From Octopus bimaculoides (lineage: Eukaryota): a DNA stretch of 33,118 nt. How positions within the stretch are numbered: position 1 is the stretch's first letter; the number at the start of each line of letters is the position of its first letter. The stretch is from NCBI RefSeq assembly GCF_001194135.2, contig NC_068994.1, forward strand, positions 28,622,053-28,655,170, written 5' to 3'. The notes beneath the pieces are model-generated. The model worked only from the letters and a program-made list of their open reading frames with translations, made no database searches and was not told the DNA's origin. Both the position numbers and the translations under genes were made by a program. Of the stretch, positions 21,451-33,118 are shown piece by piece.

Positions 21451-23274
21451 CTGCACATTTGTACATACACACACTCACACACACACACATTACACACACA
21501 AAACATCATTAGATAGTTTCAAATCAGAAAAGTAGTATCACAAAGAAAATAATTCCTTCCAGCGGATTTGCATATGCAAATAGTGATTGTATAGGGAACA
21601 CATTGTTTTATTTGTTACTTATTTATTTCATAGTTATTAGTAGATCAGTCTAAAATCTGTGGCTTATGTACTTCAGAAACATTAAGTGATGTATATAATT
21701 ATCAAAATAGAGAACCTTGACAAGTGTAGCCATTTCGTAAAGTACTTTCTGGTTAACAAGAGATGCTCTTGATTCCTCACATAAGGATTGATTTTGTACA
21801 TTTTCTTTCACTCCTTCATTTAAAACTTAATTTACTTTGGAAAACACTTTCCCATTTTCTTTCTTCCCATCAAAGAGAAACTAACTAAAAAGCAAAACAC
21901 TTTTCATCATCAGGTCCTTGCAATAACAAGAGACACCTGTACATATATTATTTAAGGCACTTTACAAAATTTTCCAATTGATGCCTTCTCTGTTATAGTA
22001 TAGGTGATTTTTCTGACTTGAGTCTATTTGATGAATGCCTACATGCATGAAATTTCAAGTTATCCGTATTTGAATTTTCAGTTCTTCACTCTGTTCTCAA
22101 AAAAATTTATGTATCTGTTGATAAATATGTGTATATATGGCTCTGACCACCTGCATGTTTATATATGAATATAGAAATTTACACACACACACATACACGT
22201 ACACACACATGCGCACACACACACACACACACACACATTCATTGAAATTCATTCATATCAGTCTTTCTTTTCTAGCAACATTTCATATATTATTAATCAT
22301 ATTGATTAAAAAAGGAATTTTATATCTGAATAATTATTTTCTGAGTAAGACCAGGAAAATATAGACTGATCTTTGCTGTCCNNNNNNNNNNNNNNNNNNN
22401 NNNNNNNNNNNNNNNNNNNNNNNNNNNNNNNNNNNNNNNNNNNNNNNNNNNNNNNNNNNNNNNNNNNNNNNNNNNNNNNNNNNNNNNNNNNNNNNNNNNN
22501 NNNNNNNNNNNNNNNNNNNNNNNNNNNNNNNNNNNNNNNNNNNNNNNNNNNNNNNNNNNNNNNNNNNNNNNNNNNNNNNNNNNNNNNNNNNNNNNNNNNN
22601 NNGAGATAATTAAGGTCACCAGTCCAAATGATACAACATATTGAATTGTTTTAGGACATTTTATACAAACACACACACGCGCACGCACACACACATGCAC
22701 ACACACACTCACACACACACAGACACACACACACACACACACACATGTATATAATGTATGTGGGCTGACCAAAACGCTGTAAGTGAATTTAGTAGATGAA
22801 AATTTAAAAGGCCACAACTGGAGGTAGAAATGAGTCTATGTTAACAAGGGTTGTAAACAAAAATCCTGAAATGGAATTCTATTTGACAAATTTTCTAGGC
22901 AAGATGGAGTTATCTTCCTCAGATCTGTTCTAGTTACATCTGAAAGGGTCAGCATAATGGATGATTACTTTTCAGTAGTCATCAAGCAGAGAATTCCATG
23001 TTTCTAACATGAATTTTCTCTGATGAGCAACACACATACACATTTCTGGTTTCTGAGTCACTCACCTTGATACCTGATTATGCTTTCTTTTTTCCTAATA
23101 ACTGTGTATTCATTTGTTTATTTGTTTCCAGTTTAAAAAAATATTTATTTATTTGTTTATGTTTCTGAAGAGTTGGGATAAATTTTGAATCCAGTGAAGA
23201 ATATGTAAAAGAGATGAACAGCTGATCAAGAAATCCTAATTTTTGTCTTTGATACCCGGTGACTGGAATATCTA

Positions 23275-23305
<31 letters not shown>

Positions 23306-23340
23306 GCCTGCCTGCCTGCCTATCTATCTATCTATCTATC

Positions 23341-23381
<41 letters not shown>

Positions 23382-25611
23382 TGATTTGTTACTGTTTCAA
23401 TCTGACCTCCATTTCATGATTTATTGATCAAAAAAAGAAAAGAAATAATGAGCTACTAATCCTAAAGATCTAAAAAGCATTTCACTTCCAGTGATGTTAA
23501 ACAGCTGAAAGACAAAATACATCTACCCCTCTACAACATGGACAGGTAGCTTGGGTAATGTATTTAATTTGCCTGCAGGAGGCGTTGAATGAATTCAACC
23601 TGGTCAGCCAATGAAACTTTGATCACTTATACTGCAGCACAACATCAGTAAACTCAAAGGGAACTTCTGTGTATGCATTCCATCTGCTAGAAATAGCAGT
23701 CAAATCTTGTACAGGAGAAGGACACATTACATAAAGTGTCCCTTTATGCACACCACCTGAATAAAAGATAAGACGGTGAAGGCTGGAATATCTTTGTTTA
23801 AGTAACAATCTACTTACAGCATTGGGAACGGACAGTGGGCAGTACCAATGATAGGATATGAACTACTGACCACTTGGCTGAATGAACAGTAAGTCACTAA
23901 GCTGACAATCCATCTCCACTGGTTGGTGAAACTGATGAACTCAGGCTGTTAGCCTACAAAATGGCAATAAAATGTCATTAATGGTGTAGTAATGTTTTAT
24001 AATCTGTTGGTTGTTGGGACATCACTAAATGTTTCCTCTAAAGGTAGTGATCCATGGTGAGGCTGTGAAGTTTCCTGTTGTCTACATGTAAAATGATAAG
24101 CTTGCAGTGTCAGCTTAAAAACATTTCTCAGATATACAGCCATTGCCTGATATGTGACTTGAATCCCATGAACTGACTGAATCTATAGAAGGGTGACTGA
24201 AGACTACTATCAAACAGACATGCACAGCAATATACACTCGTGGTTTTTATCATAATCTCTGGGTTTAAGATTCAGAAATAAGTGCAAACCCTTCAAGCGT
24301 TTAATATACTTGTCAATTACATACAATGATTTGTGTTAATTAGACCCCACCAATTCAAGACTTTATCCATCTCACCCATTGAAAGCATGAAAAATATCAA
24401 TATACTTGTCATTTTATTCTATCCAAACATATAATGCCACTGAACCTGGTCATAAAAGGAAATAGTTATTGTGTGATTTTACTACTTTCTAAAAGGGACT
24501 TCAGCTTGGCTAATTTCTTACAATATCCTACCATTGCCAATCATAAAGAAGCCAATTGTTTTAACAGGTGTGATCATGTTAGATATTTGTCAGGTTTCCA
24601 TTTTGAAATATTTCTATTGCTCCACATTAGTGACATGACATCCTGAAATCAATAGGTGTGTGTGTTGCAACATTCTACATTTTTCTTTTAAAACTGACTG
24701 AGGAGAAAGTAAGAATACCATTGTAATAATAATAATAAACCAAAGAGAGTGAGTGAGGGAAAATGTGAGAGATGGAAGACTGTTGTAATATAATGTTTTC
24801 ACCAAAGTATTCACATCAAACTTTAGAGTTTATTTCACTCAAAATATTTAAATACTAATCTGCAAACAGTTGCCATAGACACCAGTAAATATGGAAGAGA
24901 AAGAAAAGAAGAAGGCAAGTTGACTGAAAAAGACTTAAGAATGAAGTTGACATGGTTGGAGTTGATTACCATTACTTCGTCTGGAACTAGTCAACAAAGA
25001 AATTGATAAAGAAGAAAGAGAATGGACAATAACAGACTTTAACTATAATCTATGCAGTGTAGCTGCCTCAGACATTTACCCAATAGCTACCTATCATCAA
25101 ATAAAATTATTATTTAATTCTTATATTTGCTACATTTATTTCAGTATTTTTTGTAAGAATTTTAAAGCAGATATTCTTAACAAAACTGGATGAGACAGGA
25201 TTGGGGAATGAGTTTTATTTCAGGGAATTTTTTTATCGACTGTTCTCAATGTAAACCATGACATGTTAATATACAAACCAACCAGGGACCTTCTACACAG
25301 CTACCCAAACTGCTAGAAATACCAATTAAAACCCTCAAAACACACCTGACCCTTTTAAATAAGTAGGACAAATTGGACTGAAATCTTTGACACACTTTGG
25401 TTGCTTTTGGAGTATCTCTAATCATAAATCTGTTGAGTCAGTACTGACCACACTCCTGGTAAAACTAGTTTAATCTGGTTAATTCCTTTCATATCGAACA
25501 GACCAATAACTTTATATATAGATTTTTAAAAATAATGATCTATTCTAAACACTTATGGAAATTAATAAAAATGTTCAATCCCTTTTATTGAATATTTCTT
25601 ATAAATTCTTT

Positions 25612-25735
25612 TATCCTTTTACTGGCTTCAGAAATTGGACTATGGTCATACTGGAACACTACATTCAAGGTTACAATGGGTTATATTGAACCCAGTACTT
25701 GATGGTAACTATTTTATCATCATAAAACGAGGTAA
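25612..25735 (-). mobile_element. Degenerate SINE tail fragment
   Basis: Similar to the reverse complement of the 28200-28330 tail. Confidence 0.55.
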
Positions 25736-26499
25736 CTAAATACCACAAAGTATTTTGTCCAATATTCTTACTAGAAATTCTAACATTCACAATTGTTATT
25801 CTTGTCTATCTCATTTCAATCACACAAATATTGATGATTCTGAGGATAAAAGTTCTTCCCAGTTCAAACAATGTTCACCTGATTACTTACTTCGTAAAAA
25901 TAGACACAACTATCTCTGTTGGTCACCTTCAATACACGCATCATTATTACTTCCAAGTATTACATATTTACCTTTGAAATTCTATTTCAGTTTAATATTT
26001 GTACTTTTAACCACTACTTTCCCACTTTACTCTTATGTTTAGTGGAGAGTTACCTGTATCTGTCACCACTACTACCATCAAATGGGAGTTATTTTTATTT
26101 CACACCATATATCCCCATTACTAAACACTCCAATTTAGTTGAGAGTTACCTATATCTTTTACCAATACAGTCCAAAATTATTTGCACATTTTGCTCTCTG
26201 GGTGTTCAGAAATTTGTTGATATTAAAACAAAATCAGTTGCTAACTCTTTAATTGATATATATATATATATATATATATATACTCATCCTTCCTATATCT
26301 ATTTTCAATACAAACTGTTACAATAATCAACATTGTCTTGTAACAAATACAATATTTCACTGTATATTGAAGTTAAATTACAAAATCCAGGGAATGTCAA
26401 TCAATAATAGAAATCAAGTTCCGCTTCACTACCAAAATTGCCAACTGCAAGATTGTTACCTTATTTACTACTCAGTCTAAAAAATTGTGTTGTTAGAAT

Positions 26500-26640
26500 C
26501 CCTTCTTAAAATACTGATTTCAAATTTTGGCACAAAGCCAGCAAGTTCGGGGAAGGTGTAAGTTGATTGCATTGACCCCAGTACTTGACTGGTATTTATT
26601 TTATTGACCTTGAAAGGACGAAAGACAAAGTCGACTTCAG
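26500..26640 (+). mobile_element. SINE fragment (GACCCCAGTACTTGACTGGTA...TGAAAGGACGAAAGACAAAGTCGAC family)
   Basis: Shares the ACCCAGTACTTGA..GGTA...TTTTAT block with 25690-25725. Confidence 0.6.
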
Positions 26641-27152
26641 TATATAAAGATGGACACCTCTTCTCAAAATATTACAAGCATCTTAAATTTTTACAATCAC
26701 TGTTTTTTTATTATTATTATTTTGTATGAAGCAGACAAACAATGACCTCATCAAATATTTTACAATACCAACAGACCCAAAATGTCATTTTCAGATATAT
26801 GAACACTATGAGTAGCCCATATTTTTAACTAGACCTCTTTCAATTTCAATTTCTTTCTATGAGTAACAACCCACAATCATAAAAACATGAGTTGTTGTAC
26901 CACATACTTGAAATAAAGAACATATATGACTTCACTGTCTAATTTCTCATACCACTAGCATTTCTACAACTAATATTGGCCAGGTAAAATCCTATAACTC
27001 AAGGAAACTAGTGATGATCTGTATTGGTAATAATTAGTTCATTATCAATGATGGTATTTTTCTCTCCTCACTATCAATGTGCTGGTAACATACTTCTCCA
27101 TGTAATACAGCAATGGTCTCTAGTTTATAAATCCATGGTATAATCCAAGGAT

Positions 27153-27306
27153 TAGTTGTATGCTGTCAGCTTAATGTGACAGTCCCCTGAAGGGAATAAT
27201 GCTGCTGTTGGTTAGACCTAGGAAGCTGCACTGCTTCCTAGGTCTAACCAACAGTAGCATTATTCCCTTCAGGGGACTGTCACATTAAGTTGACAGCATA
27301 CAACTA
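27153..27306. repeat. 154-bp inverted repeat: 74-bp arms, 2 mismatches, 6-nt loop
   Basis: Arms at 27153-27226 and 27233-27306, loop TGCACT. Confidence 0.97.
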
Positions 27307-27469
27307 CTTCATTGTATTACTACTGCATAAATCTCTCTGAGAGATTTAGAAATGTATTATTTCTAAAAAAAAAACAAGGATGTTACACACTTATGCAAAC
27401 CTTGTACTTATTTTAATCCAAAGATTTCTTGGTGGTTTAAACATATCTGCATTCTCTCAAAGTTTCCCA

Positions 27470-27800
27470 TCATATCAAGTTGGTATTCCTTGTCATTTCC
27501 CTGTCGTTATTCTTTCATCAATGACCTCTTAATCATCATTGAAATCATTTACTATGCAAGTATTACCACCCTCTATAATCTTTGCAATGTTAGTAAAAAT
27601 ATCCCCTTTCAATTGTGGATTTCAAAACATAAAAGTGTTTGTTGAATACATTGACCAAGGTCCACAAATGATACTTATTTTATTGATGAAAGTAAAGTTG
27701 ACCTCACAGAATTTAAACTTTGAATGTAAAGAGCCAGAAGAAACTCTACTAAGCATTTTTCTCTAACGAGCTAATTATTCTGCCAAATTGCTGCCTTGAA
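27470..27800 (+). mobile_element. Highly decayed CR1/L2/Jockey-type RT remnant
   Basis: GIP...FINDLLIIIEIIYYASITTLY resembles GVPQG...FINDL......YADDTTLY. Confidence 0.35.
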
Positions 27801-27931
27801 AAGTCACCAAAGCAGAAGTTTATCAAATATGTACTGTCTCTTACAAAGTGACATAAAATGAGAAAAAAGTATGGGGATGTCATACTGCTCCAAAAGTATT
27901 GTCAACAGAAAAGAAAAAATAAACATATTTT

Positions 27932-28330
27932 ATAGGCGCAGGAGTGGCTGTGTGGTAAGTAGCTTGCTTACCAACCACATGGTTCTGGGTTCAGTCCCAC
28001 TGCGTGGCACCTTGGGCAAGTGTCTTCTACTATAGCCTCGGGCCGACCAAAGCCTTGTGAGTGGATTTGGTAGACGNNNNNNNNNNATATATGTATATAT
28101 ATATATATATATGTATGTGTGTTTGTGTGTCTGTGTTTGTCCTCCCACCATCGCTTGACAACCGATGCTGGTGTGTTTACGTCCCCGTAACTTAGCGGTT
28201 CGGCAAAAAGAGACCGATAGAATAAGTACTAGGCTTACAAAGAATAAGTCCTGGGGTCGATTTCCTCGACTAAAGGCGGTGCTCCAGCATGGCCGCAGTC
28301 AAAAGACTGAAACAAGTAAAAGAGTAAAAG
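27932..28330 (+). mobile_element. Family A SINE, best-preserved copy: tRNA-like head, CORE-like motif, internal (TA)/(TG) microsatellite, ~200-bp tail
   Basis: A box TGGCTGTGTGG, B box GGTTCAGTCC, GCACCTTGGGCAAGTG. At least 5 head and 4 tail copies occur in the window. Confidence 0.9.
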
Positions 28331-28865
28331 AGTATATGATGGTCTACCAGTATTACCAAATAGCCCTGACATTCAGTGGACTTCTGTTCCTGCAATACAT
28401 TGCTAATCAACTTCCAGATGTGCTCTCCAGCACATCTCCTTTGCCATCCTCTGGGACAACGCTATTTCCATTTTGTCTGCCAGAACCATGAGGCAGATTA
28501 ACACGCGTTTTTAGATATTTGGTGCTTTTGAAAGATAGAGATGGTATATCATGGGTGTGTTAAACCAGATGGTTGGTTACCATAATATAATTACATTTTG
28601 CTTATATCATAGTTTAACAGCAGCCAATTGCTCATAAACTTGATATCACCCATTGAAAGAACCTCTATGTAGTTACTCAGTCTGCTAGAAATAACAGCTA
28701 AACCTCATTATACAACACACACATATCCACAGATATTTTGATGATTGAGTTTAGGCTGTGAGTTTATATCAGTATCCTTGGGATCAACAATTAATCCTAT
28801 TTTCCATCAGTTGTGGTCATTACAATAGAATATAAACCATGTTTTACTTGTTAAACTTTGTAAAT

Positions 28866-29030
28866 AGTAGCAGGCATGTCTGTGCAGTTAATAAGCTTAT
28901 TTTGCAATCACATGGTTTCAAGTTCTATCACACAGTATGGCACCTTAAGCAAGTTTCTTCTACAATAGCCTAAGATTGATCAATATCTTGTGGGAGGGAA
29001 TTGGTGGGGAGGAAACCTGTTTTGTGTAAA
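28866..29030 (+). mobile_element. Degenerate family A SINE head
   Basis: Aligns by eye to 27932-28076. Confidence 0.7.
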
Positions 29031-30247
29031 TATATATAAAATAGATGGACACAACAAGCATCCATTAGTAGCTTAATCACTAGTTCATTTAATAATTAAT
29101 GACATTAGAAGAGAACACTAATTACATGGGTTGTGGAAACATTTAATAAACAATGATAGTTATTGCGTTGACATAACTCAAGTTAAGAAGCAGGAATGAG
29201 AAGTGTATGCCTTCCAAATGGTATGACTAATGTAAGGCAAATGGTTCCAAATAAGAATCAACACACTGACTCATTTCAACAAGAGCTACATGCCCACATC
29301 ACAAAATATTTTATATGCCAACAAGCTAGTCTTTATGTAGTCATTCAACTAACTAGAAATAGGAGCTAAATATCCCACATTAGATTATATAACCTGAAGA
29401 GACATCAATCATGGAAAATAAAAAAAACAATGACAAGGTTTGAATGGCTACAACAAAAAGATACATTGATGAAAGTAAACAACAAATGAACATTTTCAAA
29501 TTGGTTTATTGTTAGAAATAACAGCCACATATTTTCTTCATAAAAATAGCAGTCTTTACTACAATGGAGAAGAAAATGTAAGTCACAGGAGAAATGCTTC
29601 AAGTGTAATCAGTGAAATTTCTGATTAAAAAGAATTATAACAAAATTGCAAAATATTTCAAACTTGTATTTTGCCATTGAAAAGCTGCCCTGAGTTGTCT
29701 AAGTTGTTTGTGAAGTGAAATGTAATTAAAATTTATAACTGTCATAAGGAATACCCTAAGGCACAGTTTCTTAAACTGAGTTCTTTGAGGAATTACTAGA
29801 GTACCATAAGATAAGGCGTCTTTTTACTAAAATTTTATTTTATAAAAAATGGTATTCACTGTTTTCAAAATAGTAACCATATCAGTGACTAGGTCACAGA
29901 TGGCGCAATGAAAATTTTGATACTGAATAATGAATGTAGTTTTGTGCATTTTTTAATAGTAGTATGTGTCTTTCACACTGTAATAATTTTGGTGTCAACA
30001 CATAGTACTGGATCAAATCACTTGCCTGGCAAGTATATCTCAGAATTCTCTATCTAGAAGAATTTTTATTTCATTTAAAACATAATGAAAATATCACAAA
30101 GAGCTATGTCATTAAACTACAGGTAGATGTAAGTATGTACATACATGCACGTATATATGCATATACTCATTTATTATTTATATATATATATATNNNNNNN
30201 NNNNNNNNNNNNNNNNNNNNNNNNNNNNNNNNNNNNNNNNNNNNNNN

Positions 30248-30645
30248 TGTGTGTCTTTGTGTCTGTGTTTGTCTCTCACCACCACTTAACTAGTGTTGGT
30301 GCGTTTACATCCCTGTGACTTATGGTTCAGCAAAAGAGACTGATACAATAAGTACCAGACTTTAAAAAAGAAAGTCCTCAGGTCAATTCATTCAACTAAA
30401 GTCCTTCAAGGTGGTGCCCCAGCATGGCCACAGTCAAATGACTAAAACAGGTAAAAGATAAAAGAGATATGTGTGTGTGTGTGTGTGTGTGTATATGTTT
30501 GTTCCCCAACACCACTTGACAACTTGTGTCAGTGTTTTACAGCCCTGTAACTTAGTGGTTTGGCAAAGGGACCAATAGAATAAAAACCAGGCTTTAAAAA
30601 AATAAATAAGCACTGGGATTGATTCATTCAACTAAAAAGAGATAA
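30248..30645 (+). mobile_element. Two tandem family A SINE tails separated by (TG)n
   Basis: 30248-30465 and 30490-30645 each align to 28120-28330. Confidence 0.82.
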
Positions 30646-30655
30646 AATAGATATG

Positions 30656-30699
<44 letters not shown>

Positions 30700-30701
<2 letters not shown>

Positions 30702-31060
30702 CTGATGCTGGTGTTGCATAACTAGGACCTGTGCCAGTGGCACATAAAAAGCACCTTTCGAGCATTGGGCCTCATGGAGGGAATGACAAATGACTGAGAC
30801 CTTTGGCAATATGCCATGCATGAGAAGAGGACCCATCGAGCCAAGTGAAACGGTAGTCATGGCAGATACTGGTGTCACACAACTGGCACCTGTACCAATG
30901 ACACATAAAAGCACCCATTACACTCTTGGAGTGGTTGGCGTTAGGAAGGGCATCCAGCTGCAGAAACCATGCCAAATCAGACTGGAGTTAGGTGCAGCCC
31001 TTCAGCTTACCAGCCTGGTCAAACTGTTCAACCCACGCTAGCATGGACAATAAATGAGAA
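30700..31060 (+). mobile_element. SINE/RTE-associated tail with an internally duplicated block
   Basis: GGAGTGGTTGGCGTTAGGAAGGGCATCCAGC...CCCACGCTAGCATGG. The block ACCTGT(G/A)CCA(G/A)TG(G/A)CACATAAAA(A)GCACC occurs at ~30728 and ~30889. Confidence 0.65.
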
Positions 31061-31066
31061 TCATGA

Positions 31067-31099
<33 letters not shown>

Positions 31100-31308
31100 G
31101 AACCAGGTGATACACGAAGGAGTCATACCCAATGACTGGTGTAGCAGCATCATAGTCAACTGCTACAAAGGTAAAGGGGACGCTTTAGATACAAATAATT
31201 ACAGAGGCATCAAGCTGTTAGATCAGGTTATGAAAGTTACAGAGAGGGTCACAGCCCAACTAATTAGGGAGCGAATCAATTTAGATGAGATGCAGTTTGG
31301 GTTCGTGC
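31100..31308 (+). mobile_element. RTE-clade LINE RT fragment, running into a gap
   Basis: EGVIPNDWCSSIIVNCYKGKGDALDTNNYRGIKLLDQVMKVTERV...LDEMQFGFV; the KGD...NYRGI.LL motif is characteristic of RTE. Confidence 0.88.
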
Positions 31309-31972
31309 NNNNNNNNNNNNNNNNNNNNNNNNNNNNNNNNNNNNNNNNNNNNNNNNNNNNNNNNNNNNNNNNNNNNNNNNNNNNNNNNNNNNNNNNNNNN
31401 NNNNNNNNNNNNNNNNNNNNNNNNNNNNNNNNNNNNNNNNNNNNNNNNNNNNNNNNNNNNNNNNNNNNNNNNNNNNNNNNNNNNNNNNNNNNNNNNNNNN
31501 NNNNNNNNNNNNNNNNNNNNNNNNNNNNNNNNNNNNNNNNNNNNNNNNNNNNNNNNNNNNNNNNNNNNNNNNNNNNNNNNNNNNNNNNNNNNNNNNNNNN
31601 NNNNNNNNNNNNNNNNNNNNNNNNNNNNNNNNNNNNNNNNNNNNNNNNNNNNNNNNNNNNNNNNNNNNNNNNNNNNNNNNNNNNNNNNNNNNNNNNNNNN
31701 NNNNNNNNNNNNNNNNNNNNNNNNNNNNNNNNNNNNNNNNNNNNNNNNNNNNNNNNNNNNNNNNNNNNNNNNNNNNNNNNNNNNNNNNNNNNNNNNNNNN
31801 NNNNNNNNNNNNNNNNNNNNNNNNNNNNNNNNNNNNNNNNNNNNNNNNNNNNNNNNNNNNNNNNNNNNNNNNNNNNNNNNNNNNNNNNNNNNNNNNNNNN
31901 NNNNNNNNNNNNNNNNNNNNNNNNNNNNNNNNNNNNNNNNNNNNNNNNNNNNNNNNNNNNNNNNNNNNNNNN

Positions 31973-32307
31973 TCTTATACGGTTGTGGTCTTTCATTGCT
32001 GGTCATCTATGTTATCGTCGCATAACATATCATGTATATCATCCATTGATATATATATTTGTATGTTCGACCGTGTGACGCGTTTAAATAAAAGGAGTCC
32101 TGTTTTTCCATTCGTCACCATTTCTCCTTTTATGAGTTCGCACGGTCATCCCTTACAATTGGTGACCCCGACGTCGGTCTTCCCTTACAATTGGTGACCC
32201 CCGACGTTGATTCGTTCATACAGCCCTTCTGATCTGTACAGCCAACGCGAGCCTGTTCACACAGTTTCCCTTACAATTGGTGACCCCGACGTCGGTCGTA
32301 CCTTACA
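31973..32307 (+). mobile_element. LTR 3' part with three LTR-end/tRNA-Trp PBS units
   Basis: CCCTTACA-AT-TGGTGACCCCGACGT at 32150-32174, 32182-32207 and 32268-32292. The final CCTTACA ends at 32307. Confidence 0.75.
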
Positions 32308-32942
32308 TATATATATATATATATACAAGTCAGCTCTACTGGCTGCAACGTTTGGTCCATTCTCCTCATGCTCTTGCAATTCTCCTCCACTTTGTTCCAA
32401 TTATGTACATATATAAATGTATATGCATAATAGGATAAAAGTGTCAACATACAAAGCAACTGGTATCAAGTTAGATTATGATATATCTTTAAATACGTAA
32501 CACATCATAAATCATAAGGAAGGAAGGAGAGTGAGACATAGATGATGAACTAGATCACTGCTAAATGGAGAGCTACTGCTTGTTTTGTACAACACACACT
32601 ATCTGCACATCTGTTCTTGAAACAGCTGTAAGAGGCTTTCTGCACACCTTCCTTCCTTCTTATAATTTGTAATCAAGTAATAATTCAACCATTATGTTTA
32701 AATATATAAATGTCAAAAATCTAACCTGATACCGGTTGTTTTGGCTGTTTATACTTTTATTCCATTATGTATGTACCCACTCGGTTGACAAATGACCTTA
32801 GGCCAATTATTACTATATAGCTATAATATCTCTGCTTTTAGTTGTTCAAGTTGGAGTCTTAGGCAACAAGCTAACCTTGAGCACTAATTGTAAGTACCTA
32901 TTACTTTACACTATCAGACAGTATATTACTAGAATCATATGT

Positions 32943-33110
32943 ATAGGCACAGGAGTGGCTGCTTGGTAAGTAGCATGCTTACCAACCACATGGTTCCGGG
33001 TTCACTCCCACTGCATGGCATTTTGGGCAAGTGTCTTCTAGTATAGCCTCAGGCTGACCAAAGCCTTGTGAGTGGATTTGGTAGACGGAAACTGAAAGAA
33101 GCCTGTTGTA
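32943..33110 (+). mobile_element. Family A SINE head
   Basis: Closely matches 27932-28076 over most of its length. Confidence 0.9.
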
Positions 33111-33118
33111 TATATATA

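Noticed and set aside
26039-26162. Degenerate ~30-bp repeat (TTAGT.GAGAGTTACCT.TATCT) at a ~93-bp period
   Set aside because: Only two divergent copies with no further structure.
23510-28710. Scattered CTGCTAGAAATA-containing segments (~23680, ~25310, ~28680)
   Set aside because: Probably fragments of another dispersed repeat; boundaries could not be defined by eye.
32143-32307. CRISPR-like appearance of the short repeats
   Set aside because: Eukaryotic context, no regular unique spacers and no cas genes; explained as LTR end plus PBS.

Overview
AT-rich, microsatellite-rich animal genomic DNA with six assembly gaps. It is most likely octopus, inferred from the SINE families and repeat landscape. 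It contains one intact host gene, a single-exon C2H2 zinc-finger ORF at 14889-17543 (+) with three 4-finger modules and a Q/H/P-rich tail. Bases 1-10132 are a nest of decayed transposons, all on the minus strand. The core is a Gypsy LTR retrotransposon (1103-7633) with LTRs, tRNA-Ser PBS, PPT and gag-PR-RT-RH-IN. A hAT MITE sits in its RT region, and Tx1/L1-type LINE pieces interrupt both LTRs at the same nucleotide. Penelope-like (GIY-YIG) and mariner relics follow. The rest holds SINEs, a two-TIR mariner deletion derivative, Helitron-like and RTE fragments, and an LTR end with triplicated tRNA-Trp PBS. The most notable observations are an apparent LTR-targeting Tx1-like LINE with an ORF1-only (HAL1-like) partner, a zinc-finger code predicting (GA)n binding, a ~160-codon spacer splitting a GIY-YIG motif, and a 154-bp near-perfect hairpin. 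All family assignments come from motif recognition by eye, with no database searches.
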